This document shows, in pieces, positions 53,220 to 64,000 of a DNA stretch of 64,000 bases. Origin of the DNA: Macrostomum lignano. Lineage: Eukaryota. The notes below the pieces were generated by a model. That model was given only the letters and a program-made list of their open reading frames with translations. It had not been told where the DNA came from and made no database searches. The stretch covers positions 1 through 64,000 of the forward strand of contig NIVC01002426.1 in NCBI GenBank assembly GCA_002269645.1, read 5' to 3'. The stretch's first letter is position 1; the number at the start of each line of letters is the position of its first letter. The translations under genes were made by a program, and so were the position numbers.

Positions 53220-56200
53220 TAGAATATGATGAAAAAGTTAAAAATAATCCATGAATTCAGTACTAAAGCTGCTGCACTTCTTTTACCGAATATTATTGAT
53301 AAGAACCAAAGCTTGTACGAGCGTAGTAGCTATAAGGCAAACCACCGACTGCTTCATGTAACAGATGCATGGATTCTGCTTCTTCTTACATCAGAGAGAG
53401 AAACTTATTATATACTATAGAGTGCCTGTCGGTCTCTGGGGAATGCGAATTAAAGGAAGCGATGTGGAATTCTGCAGAATTAAGTGATCTTAATCTCTTT
53501 GATGCCATCAAACTCGATGCTCTCTCTCTCTTTTTCCTCTTTCAGTCAGTCGGACTGAAGAATGGTTGGAACCGGCGGCCGCAGCTGTGCAGGCCCTTAG
53601 AATTGAAAGCCGAGCGCTTAGAGTTCGATCGAGAGAAAAAACTTCAACCAAAGCAGCTCGCCAATTTCTGACCAAAAAAATTGGACGCATTCAGGCGGCT
53701 TCTGTTGTTCGCCAATATTTTTTCTAGGATGCGTTTGCATGTTCGAGGGACAGAAGAGAGCGAAGCGGACGAGCTGCAAAATGGAAAACATTTGGTTTCG
53801 GACGAAACGGAACGGCAAAATGAAAGAGAATGGATTGGACTAAAAACGTACTTTAGTTCGAATTCCTGTTACGTATAATCTCCAAAGTGACAGTTCACTC
53901 CATCAGCCCAGCGCAGCTGGATCTGTTTTGAAATTAAAGTACAAAAAATCTGACGGTTGTTTTAAATTCCAGACACGGACCACTGGAAGTTACGTCTACT
54001 TTAGTTGTCCTTGATTCCAGACAGAGTTTAGTTTAACAAAAGTAGGTTACTTTTTTAAAAGAACACTGGGATTAGCTTAGTTTGTAAAAAACGGTCTAGC
54101 TAGCTTTTCATTCATATTTGTTCTAGTTTCTAAAACCGTTGCAAGCAAATGAAGTTTTTAAACGCAATACACGCATACATGAGCTGCATTAAGTACTGTA
54201 AGTAAGTAGTGCAGAGTTTTCATTCTATTTAAGAAGTCAAGCATTCAGCTCAAGACGCATGTGTGCTTAGTTAGATGTTTTCACTAACCAAGCAGCGATC
54301 CAGGAAGCGCAGTGTGTGAGCAATGGAACACGTACCATGGAACGCCAATCCTGTAAACTGTCTGGTGGCCTCTCCAGCTCCATTTGCAAGGCGGGCATGA
54401 ATTGTCTGAATTTAATTACTTCTCTGTCTTGAATTCAATGCTCTGCCTGTGGCGTCGCCGACCAAAGACGGTGTTGTAACCATAGACTAAAGTAGACGCA
54501 TTGGTTGAGTATGTATGAATGGCAGTGTCTTAAAATGAAGTTAGTCAAAAACATTGGTGCACTCATAGCCATTCTCTACTACATCATTGTCGCAAACTTT
54601 CACTTCGACCCAATACCAATTTCAAAACGTTATTGTTTAACACTTGCGATTGCCATAGACAACGAATCAATTGGAGCAAGTTAATAACAAGTGTGTTTAT
54701 GTTATATGTAACAGTTTAAAAGCATAGAGAAGAAATCCTTCATGTTTAAGAGTAGCATTACTATGAGTAGTAGTTATAACTGAAAAGCCAATAAATTACC
54801 CTCAACTAGTTACTGACGCCAGCAGATTCAAATTGTTACTTGTTGAAGGTAAACGTGCGGTTTTCGAAATGGCAATTTTCAAACATTCGTGAAACTTCGC
54901 TTCGGATATTTCTAACTGAAAAATAAAAAAGCTCCTCTTCTTGACTCAGAGTCACTTCACTTGTTTGCTCTTCGACTGCTCTGGTGTTCAAGGCTACAGT
55001 TTTTGCACACGATGGCTGACCTTCTTCCCCGATTGGTCGCCTTAAGGCAGCGCTTATAGCAGTCGATGCTCGACAAACAACGTGATTTATTTTTCTTGAG
55101 AGGTACTTTTGGCCAGTAATGCACATAATACTGCTGGCTGGGGTCGTGACCTGTTTCATGGAGGGCAGCAATGCGAGTCCTCTATATGACAAAGCCACAT
55201 GCACAATTACATTGTAACACGATTCACCGTGAATTTAAACGCTAAAAGCGTGCTTAAAAGGCTCGTGATCGCGTATTGACCAGAGTCATTTAATGCTCTA
55301 GAAATTTATCGTGATTAAAGTTTTGCTCAATAGTCGCGTCTTTCTTGCTGAAATTTATGGAATTTGAAGCCCTGAATAATGAGTGCACAGTGTAGGAGCA
55401 GTGTAAAACTGTAATTACTATGGACAAGCCCCTCAGTTACTAAGCTGCTGTAACTAGGTAACTATAGGTGCAAGATCCCATCAATTGGTGCTTGATGAAG
55501 CACCTTTCAAAAGGTTAATATCCGCATCTCATCGGACAAATCTCTCAGACCAACTAAACTATTGAAGTGACGCGCCTTTGAATAGAGAAATGATGTTAAA
55601 AGAAAGGCGCAGAATCACATTTTTGTTTTAATCTAACAACAGAAAACAGATACGTATATTCCTAAGCAAGCAACATTCCTTTATTTTCTTCGATATGTGT
55701 TCATCAACCAACTCGCGTCGAAGCGCATAATAACAACGAAAGAGACATTAACACCAAATACTGCAGAAAGATTTTCTTAAAAAAAACAGTTTACTGGAAC
55801 GGAAGATCACACATAAGAGAAGATTAACAAACACAGTTGAAATTAAGCTGGGTTTTATTAAAGTATTTTCGTACAACATTCGCAAAAGCGACCGATCAAG
55901 TAAACGTATTGCTTTTTTCATACAACAATTTAAAAAAGACTCAGTAGTACTACTAAAACAGGTCCTAGTAGTTCACGAAGAATATGCTCTGTATTTGTTG
56001 TGATCAATTATGCTTATGAGAATGGCATACAACATGTATTAGGCAGTACATAATTGAATCTAATATATTGTTACACGGGAAACAGACGACAATGCAGTGT
56101 AAGAACATGATGAGGTAAAAATAATCGTGCTTAATCGTATATTTACTAAGCATTTCTTAGTGATTATAAACGTTTATAAACGCATGGTCAGTTAGTTTTT

Positions 56201-56231
56201 TATATGAAATAATGTTTCCATGAATAGCCAT

Positions 56232-56983
56232 CTAACTGCGCTCTTTCTTCTTTCGCCCCAACTTCGATCTGAAATTGAGATGTTGGATAAAATTATTATT
56301 AATTAGTAACAGCATCTCAGTAAAGTCTAAACAAAGCCCAATAAATCGATGAAGGTTTAGTCACTACAACCAGGCACAATCGACCTCACCTCATCTGACC
56401 AGCCATCAGCGGATTAAACGCGTAGAGCCAGTCGTGGACCTCCTTGTCCTCTAAGCATTGCATCAGGTAGCCACGATGCGGTGTGATCACCGTAAAGACG
56501 TTCTTAGCCCGCAGCATGGCCTGCTGTTCTTCGCTGTACTCAATCTGTGCGGTAGCTAAATTAATAAAGCCCCGTTCAACAGGATCTCGCTCGTTCTGGT
56601 AGATGTAGAGAAACGGCCTCCTGACAACGACCCAGCGGCGTACCCAGCCTCCCGACTTCTCCTCCAGAAAGTTCAAGTAACCGCGCCGAGACACCTGTGG
56701 CGAGGCGCGAATCTCGTCGCACTGACCAATGAGGCTGCCCGGTCGCAAGCTGTCCATCGGATTCTGACTGGCTGACTCGCCAGCGCCTCCGCTAGCCGAG
56801 CTCATCACGCTCTCCATGGTCGGCGATTTCTGCATCATGTTAGCCAGCCCACCGCTGCCACCACCGAAGCTGGTGAGGGAGGCGAACGATGCTGACGGCG
56901 AATGACGCATCTGCGGACGCCATATTTCGGACATGCCGCTGGCGTATGATATTGCCGAGGGTAGGGCCGCACGGATCTGTGGT

Positions 56984-57031
<48 letters not shown>

Positions 57032-60000
57032 GGAGCTGGCGGTGCTTGCGGCTGCTGCGGCAGCGTTGGCTGCAACTGAGTTGTCGGAGTACTAGCAGCT
57101 GGCAGTAGCTGGGTTCGCCCACTACTCAAAAGTTGCAGACACTTTCGAATCAAGAGCTGCTCGCGGCTGAAGTTTTGCTTAACCTAAAGAGAGTCAGTAG
57201 CAGAGTAGGTGCGTCATTTTCCAGCATTAATCTTTAACCTTACTTTTCCATTGCCTTACTACGAAAACGTCAAACCACCAAATCCTTGAAACGTCACAGT
57301 ACTTACTTCATCGGGAATGTCGTCCAGCACTGAATAGCTGGGACTCCGGGCCAACCCGCCACCGCCGCTGCCCAGCTCGCCGCCTCCAACGCTGACTCCA
57401 CTGGACGAAATTCGTCTCCCGCGCCCCGGCTGCCGCCGCTGCCGCAGCCGCCTCAGCGTCCATCGTAGTCAGAGCATCAATTCGACCATCTTGTGCCAGC
57501 TTCTCCCTCAGCTGCAGAGTGTGGCGCGCCTTCTCTACCAGCTCCAGCCGGACCAGTCGCTCCAACTCCCATTGATGCTCGACAATCAAAGAGTCCGACC
57601 TGGGCCGCCAGCCTTTGAGATTCTCCTCGCCGCGAACGTAGGCAAAGTTGGTGCTACCACCACCGCCGCCGCTGCCTCCGCTCGCTGTGCTGGCGTCCAG
57701 AAGGCGCCGAGAACGACGGGTCGCTGCGGATGTTGCATGAGCAGGTCGTCGAAACTGTAGATCAGTCCAAGTATCAATGGTGATTTTTAACCTACCTTTT
57801 TCAGAAACCTGATAGATTTGCAGGTCGTACACAGTGGTGACCCGGTTCACATCTTGAGGCCGGCACCAGCTGCCAAACAGTTGCTTGATTGATCTGTCGG
57901 TGTTTAATTGAACGAACTCAGTCACTTCGAGCGACTATATAACCACTGTATAATCCGATTTGCAAGTGCGAATCAATAAAAGTTTTAGGCCAGCACACGA
58001 AAATAGAGTAATCATTGCATGTAAATGTATATCTGGTTAAATTTTATTTGGTATCTAACAGGTACTTATGCGACATCAGTTTGTATTTTATTTTCGTTTC
58101 CATTATAGAAAAAGTACGTGTGAAACAACAATGACGAGTTTTATTTAAAATACAACATGAATACTAAATAGTGCTGTCCTTAAAACTTATAAATTGTGAT
58201 TCTATAGTACACTGAGTACTGATGTTTTTCAGAATGCCTGAAACACACTGAAAGCAGCTTATGCAATGTGCGCGCGTGTTAATTTCAGATAGTTTAGATA
58301 GAAACGGGACGTGAACACTTCAAAACAGCAATTGTCGAGCAAGGGAGCAACGAGTATATAAGCATTTCAGAATGACGGCTTCAAGATTTAATTAGAGCTA
58401 AGATGGAATTGCTCAAGCATTTTGCTCATCTACGAAAATAAAAAAGCAAAGCGCAGTTAAAAAAGGAAAAAACTCTAATAACAGAATGCATTCTAAATAA
58501 AAGAAAAATATACTCAAAATTCTGCTCTCTGACTTAGCATCTTTTTGTTAATTACATCAAAGCAGCCTTCATTTTTTAGGTTATTTTGTTAACTACTTTG
58601 TTTAACGCCATTATGACTGATTGCTACTCACAGTGAGACATTTTGCGTGATGCTGCCAATGTTAAAAAAATGGAGGGTAATAAAAGTGACAGAGTATTTA
58701 GCTAATATTGAGTTTGTTAAATCGCACTTGAAAAGATAGATGAATTAATCTATAAATCTAAGAACTAAAAAAGTAGACGATACGCTCTTTTGCTTTTTAG
58801 AAGAGCTGGACTTCTGTACTTCAAATAAAAGCAACTAGACAGCATTTTAACATAAAAAATAGTAAAATATTTTCTTTCTACAACCTGTTATTGTTCTGTT
58901 ATTAACCTGAGGCGCTAACAAATAAAGTGTGGCCTCATTGCAACTACAAAGATTCAGTTATGTCGGTTTTCAGTCATAGACAGCCGAATTTTAGAAGCTT
59001 CAGATTTCTAGGTTTTCAGTTTTAGAGGTCTTTATTATAAACAAAATATAAAAAACATTGAAAGAGATATTAATATTCAAGACTTAAGACTCGGAAGTAT
59101 GAGTAAAAGACATAGATTAGGGCCAACAAAAACGCGATTTTAAAATTTGACATGGAAATGGAATTATAGTCATCTAACGGTCTGTCTGACTGACTGGGTT
59201 TGTGTTCTGTCTGAGTTTCTGCATTTTCCTATAGCTCTATCAGCAGTAGTTAATATCAAACTTGAGCTACAACAACTGTATGCCAGAAATTTCTTAACAT
59301 TTACACACATAGCAGCGTACAAAGTACTTCATTGGCTTACCTAGGCACCGTGAGCTTTGTATCCCTAGGATAGATGACCAACGCCAGGTCCTTGGTGACA
59401 CACACGGGCTGACAGCATCCCTCAATGTCCACGTAGCAGGTAACAGTCAGGTAGACTCGCTCGCCCGTAGGCGTGACAGTATTTAGAAGTGGACTCTCGT
59501 GCAGCGAGCTGTCCCAAGACGCTTCGAACCGAGTGTAGACTCGCTCGTCACCTTCCAAGCCGCTACTAGTACCCGACTGACTGGACGAAAGATTGCCAGC
59601 CGGAATCAGGCTCAACGATTGAACTCGCGACTGCGTCTCACCGGACGCGTCCAGGCCCGAGTCGAGCGAGTCGCGACCCGACCGACCACGAGTTCGCGAG
59701 CTTCGCGTACTGCAGCCTCCGGCGGTCCGGGCTCGTGGGCCAGAGTGACGCCCAGTCTGCGCTGCAGACCGTGACGCAGCAGGAAGACACCCTGGCAGGG
59801 AGCGTCTTCCGAATGGTCGACAGCAACAGGCGTGTAGTCTCCGGTTGGCGCCAGTTCCAGCATTTCAAAGCTGGCTAGCAGGTCGAAACGAGTCTGTAAA
59901 ATTACGGACGAATCGTAAATTGATTTGGTCAGTACTTAGTTTGTCGTACTTTAAGTCCAAACAGACTATGAGGTAAAAAATTAAACTGCAACCGTTTAGA

Positions 60001-63000
60001 CACGACTAATGAAGCCCATTGTAACATTTGCCTAAATAAATTTGTTAGCTCGCTAAAGGTTATCATGACCATTGAATGCGTCTTGGAGTCAAAAAATCCA
60101 AAAATGTGCTAATTATATCATTGAAGGCGCCATGGGCAGCATAAAGGTCCTCTAAGGTGTTCAGGAGTCTCATAAAGAATATCTAGATATACGTCATTGA
60201 GTTCCGTGTTGCTTTCAATTCATTATCAAATAAATTTCGGACATTCGACTCTCGTTTAGGCATTTTTTATCGATTATCGTAATTTTCGCATGGATCTCGA
60301 CTGAAAATGTATTAGATGTCCTAACTACCAATCTAGTGCCCCCTTCGGGGCGGTTGATAAACAAAGAGCAAAAATTAAAAATTCAAAAATTTGCAATTCC
60401 GTTAAAAAAAGCACATTTTCTTAGGAACCAATTCATTCTTCAGTTTTATAAATCACCTTATTCGAGCAAAATTGTCACGGGCAAAAATGTTTGCTATAAA
60501 TCTCTCTTTTCTAAAAGTAACAAAAGGATCGAAGCTACAAAAAAGCCTTTACTAAGATAGCAGGCATTCCCCCTAAATATTGAAAAAAATAGAAAAAGCA
60601 TCCCACAGATAGAAAGCATCCCCCAAAAAGCAAGCATCCCTAAATAGCAAGCATACCCCAGATAGCAAGCATCCCCCAGATAGCAAGCATCCCCAGATAG
60701 CAAGCATCCCCCAGATAGCAAGCATCCCCCAGATAGCAAGCATCCCCCAGATAGCAAGCATCCCCCAAATAGCAAGCACCCCCCAGATTGCAAGCATCCC
60801 CCCAAATAGCAAGCATCCCCCAGATTGCAAGCATCCCCCCAAATAGCAAGCATCCCCCAAATAGCAAGCATCCCCCCAAATAGCAAGCATCCCCCAGATA
60901 TCAAGCATCCCCCAAATAGCAAGCATCCCCCAAATAGCAAGCATCCCCAGATATCAAGCATCCCCCCAAATAGCAAGCATCCCCCCAAATAGCAAGCATC
61001 CCCCAGATTGCAAGCATCCCCCAAATACTAGATGTCTTAAAAGTCGAAATTAAACTGATAAGAAGCATTCTAATGTAGGCAAAGCCTTACATGCAACGGT
61101 CCCACTGATGCGGCAGTCAGACCAGTGGACAGCAGCAGAGGCGGCGGAACCAGCCGAACTGGCGGCACCGGCATCGCAGCGGACTGGGCCGAGGCCTGGC
61201 GCCAGCGCTGCTTCTGCTGGGCTGGCGGAGACGAAGAGTCTTTAGACGACGTCGCCGCGCCACCCAACGAGGACAGTCCGCTGTGGCTGGACTCGGAGAC
61301 GTGAGGCTGCCCAAACCTCCACCAACTCCGCTGCCTCCGCCTCCGGCGTTCTGGTGTCCGTACACCTCGAACACCAGCGGCTGATTGCGCAGATAATCGA
61401 CAAAGGCTCGCGTGACCACGGTGGCAAAATTCTGCTCGTGATAAAAGCCAACAGGCTCTCCAGTTTCGGCCGCGTTTTTAGTCGGCTCGGTACTGAAAGT
61501 CTCCTCGGCCCGGTGCATGAAGCTGTACTGACAGAACACGTCTGAGAACTCCGGTCCGATGCCCACCGCTTGCAGGACTGTGACGCGGAAGGACACGCTC
61601 CGGCCTAGGGTCAGGTGTTCCGGCAGCGAAGCCGGATTGAAGTCCAGGCTTTGGTCAATGTCCTGGGTTGCGGTGGCTGCGGAGCTCGCTGCCAACAGGT
61701 TGGACGTCGCTAATACGGGGCCTTCAATGTCGTCGTCGGCACCGGAAATTGACGAGGCTGTCGGGCTTTTACGAATGGCGGCCAATGCGGCCGCCGCTGC
61801 CTTCTTTGCAAAGTAGTCCTTGTCGTCGAACTGCAGTCGAGCACTGCCGGACTGTCGAACTCCGCCGGAGCTGCCTTCAACAGAATCTTCGGCTACGATT
61901 TGAACTGCCACGCGTAGGAAACCCTTGACCACGCCTTTCTCGCTGACCACAGCGGCTCGATGAATTAGAGGGACGTTGTAGTACAGATTGGACAGGTGAA
62001 CGAATGCTCTGAAAGTTGTAAGACAGTGGATTTCTAAGCAACAAGTGGCAACCTAAACTGTTTTCTTTGAAATAAAGCCGGAAAACTTACCGGCCGATCA
62101 AGCGAAACCATGGAAACCGATCGTAGAAAGGATCTCGTGCTGGAGCGGTGGTTACAGCAACAGCCGAGTTGTTCGATTCAGACAGTCCGCTGTCGACTTC
62201 CTGACGGTACAGATCCCTGATTAGCTCTAGGCGCTGTCTGAAACGAAGAAAAGCTCACAATTTAGCGTTGATCCTTCTTTTTGTGATTGGCTCTGCTTCT
62301 AAGAAGGGTTTTCAGGTTTCTTATGCCTTTCAGCACTGCTGGCATCGAACTTGCACCGAAAGAGGCATCCCTAGCACATTACCATTCTGTTCGAGATCAA
62401 GGTGACAGTTGATCCGCAAGTAACAGATAGCTATTCCCATTTCTCTGACCTTAAGCACGCACACGGATGAGTAAGTATACATCGTCAGGGATGTACACTC
62501 TCCGTACCCTGGAGGTTGACCCTTATAGTGTGCTGTCAGAGAAAGTTAGACACTACAGATAGTCCTGCAGGGGTTTGTAGTCTAGTGATTAGAGCGTTGG
62601 ACTCACAACTGAAAAGTCGGGGGTTCGATTTTCGACCCATTCGGATCAATTTGTGTACTTGAGCAAGACACTTAACACTTAACTCTGCTTTGCTTCAGTT
62701 CACCCAGCTGTAAAATGAGTGCCAGCTGGGGTAATTGAGGATGTGTGTGGCGACCCCCAGTCCTTTGACTGAACAGCCGTACGCAGCCTTCAGATGCGCC
62801 GCGCAATAGCTGCGGCTGAGCTGTCGGTTGCACATCACCCAGATTCGAAAGAAAACCTACCTGAACTTCTCCAAGCTCCAATGGTGCACGGCGCCATTCT
62901 TCAGGTCCTGCACCTCGATGGCCAGCACGGTGCGCGGATACTGACGACCCGAAAAGTCGCCTGGCAACAAATCCGGGCCCAGCGGTGTGTAGGCCGTGTC

Positions 63001-63184
63001 AGTCAGCAGCGCGAACTGGAACTGAACCTGAAAGATCCAAATCTAAAGGCATTATATTACTCATATCTACTCATAGCAGTAGTATAGTTATTTAAGCAAC
63101 TAAAGCGAGACTGACCCTCTTGCTCATTTCCACCGCCATGGCATTGGCTTCTTTCAAATAGGCCGCGTTCGCCCACAGATCGTC
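56232..63184 (-). CDS. KIF1A: KIF1A/unc-104 kinesin-3, C-terminal half with PH domain; exons 63184-63116, 63027-62861, 62237-62091, 62008-61091, 59893-59341, 57893-57307, 57183-56390, 56268-56232; the gene continues beyond the window; three apparent 1-nt frameshifts
   Basis: Matches to KIF1A motifs: [19 protein letters not shown]; [16 protein letters not shown]; [14 protein letters not shown]; FSTEP...GFYHEQN; [18 protein letters not shown]; [28 protein letters not shown]. The PH domain reads [10 protein letters not shown]...[16 protein letters not shown]...[15 protein letters not shown], and the terminal exon reads [12 protein letters not shown]. Confidence 0.95.
60325..61028 (-). mobile_element. 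Non-autonomous Helitron-like element carrying an ~18-21-bp minisatellite (TAGCAAGCATCCCCCA), in a KIF1A intron
   Basis: The minus strand ends GCCCCGAAGGGGGCACTAGATTGGTAG|T, nearly identical to the end at 52982. The array spans 60590-61025. A flanking 12-bp direct repeat TAGATGTC(C/T)TAA is present. Confidence 0.6.
62571..62835 (+). mobile_element. tRNA-derived SINE, copy 2 (antisense in a KIF1A intron, ending ~25 nt from the donor)
   Basis: Colinear with 6905-7175, with B-box GGTTCGATT. Confidence 0.8.
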
Positions 63185-64000
63185 CTGCAGTTTTTTTTTC
63201 GATTTGCAAGTTCTGGTATAAAATCTATTCGCTTATAAGCCTGCAAATTAATACACTTACATGGTACACAAAACATTATATCAGTATCTAGCGACAGTGG
63301 AAAAATATTAGGAAAAAAAGCATAAGTTGAGGCATACACAAGTTTTAATATCCGCACTGAAGCGCAGTTTTCAGGTTTTGGATACTGCAGATAGCGATGT
63401 TTTACCACATCTTTACGGCAACATATTTATGAATAATGCCCATGACTTACAGAAGCTGAAAGATATCGTACATATATTTTGGATTTCTGAATTGCAATGA
63501 TAGGGACAAGTAGACAGTTTTGATATTTGAAACTTTGTAATCCTGAAATTACTCAAAGCTTGAAAATAATATACAAAGAAAGATTGTAAAAAGCAAAGTC
63601 GATAGCTTAGTGTATAAGATCGAGATTTTACTCAGCAACGACAGATAGTAGAAGTTCAGCGAACAGATTCATATTACAACAGTGCTACTTATTAGTAAAG
63701 CATCGCGAACTGGCACTGCCAAAAGCTATAATGCAAGTATCATTGATACTGTATCAACAGCCAAAAAATTGAATTAGAGAACTACGGCCTACAAGGCTTC
63801 GAAATTTTTTGTCCATCATGCTTTTGGACGCTTAAATTACAGATGACAAGACATGTTCTATTGCAATGACGTTTTCATGGTATTAATTTGCTGCTTCAGA
63901 TATCTCAGCTGTCCAATAAAACTGTTAAAAATTATTCGGTAAAACACATATACTAGAATAAATAGATGGGCCACAGATTTCTACTTTCAGATCAGTAGCA

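Noticed and set aside
53545-53725. Exon-like open frame after a polypyrimidine acceptor (SRTEEWLEPAAAAVQALRIESR...)
   Set aside because: No partner exons or family motif recognised.
56490-56500. CCGTAAAGACG, similar to my memory of the start of the Macrostomum spliced leader
   Set aside because: Only 11 nt, and it is the antisense of KIF1A coding sequence (KNVFTVI); a chance match.

Overview
This is eukaryotic (metazoan) genomic DNA with spliceosomal GT-AG introns. The GC-rich exons, AT-rich introns and dense minisatellites suggest the flatworm Macrostomum lignano, but that attribution is inference only. I reconstructed five genes by hand from splice sites and phase. They are the 3' end of CEP290 (+, 1-1648), a small two-exon EF-hand-like gene (+, 3633-6676) whose intron holds an antisense 5'-truncated RTE-like LINE, a complete 10-exon NIPAL2/3-like transporter (-, 8254-18245), a four-exon tandem-PDZ syntenin-like gene (-, 25657-41343), and the 3' half of KIF1A/unc-104 (-, 56232-63184). 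CEP290 and KIF1A carry four single-base frameshifts, most likely long-read consensus errors. Most long ORFs in the supplied track are artefacts of tandem repeats. The non-coding DNA holds more than 20 unrelated mini/microsatellites, two foldback MITEs with clear TSDs, a 188-bp solo LTR, tRNA-derived SINEs and a 5S-derived SINE-like element. The most unusual signals are: Helitron-like termini flanked by 10-12 bp direct repeats, an over-represented CCATAGAC motif forming 45-46 bp inverted cassettes, unrelated minisatellites sharing 8-10 bp palindromic cores, and arrays that copy the unique intron edge next to a splice site. There is no CRISPR, rRNA or intact tRNA. I found nothing I can call a proven new system; the findings are candidates for testing.
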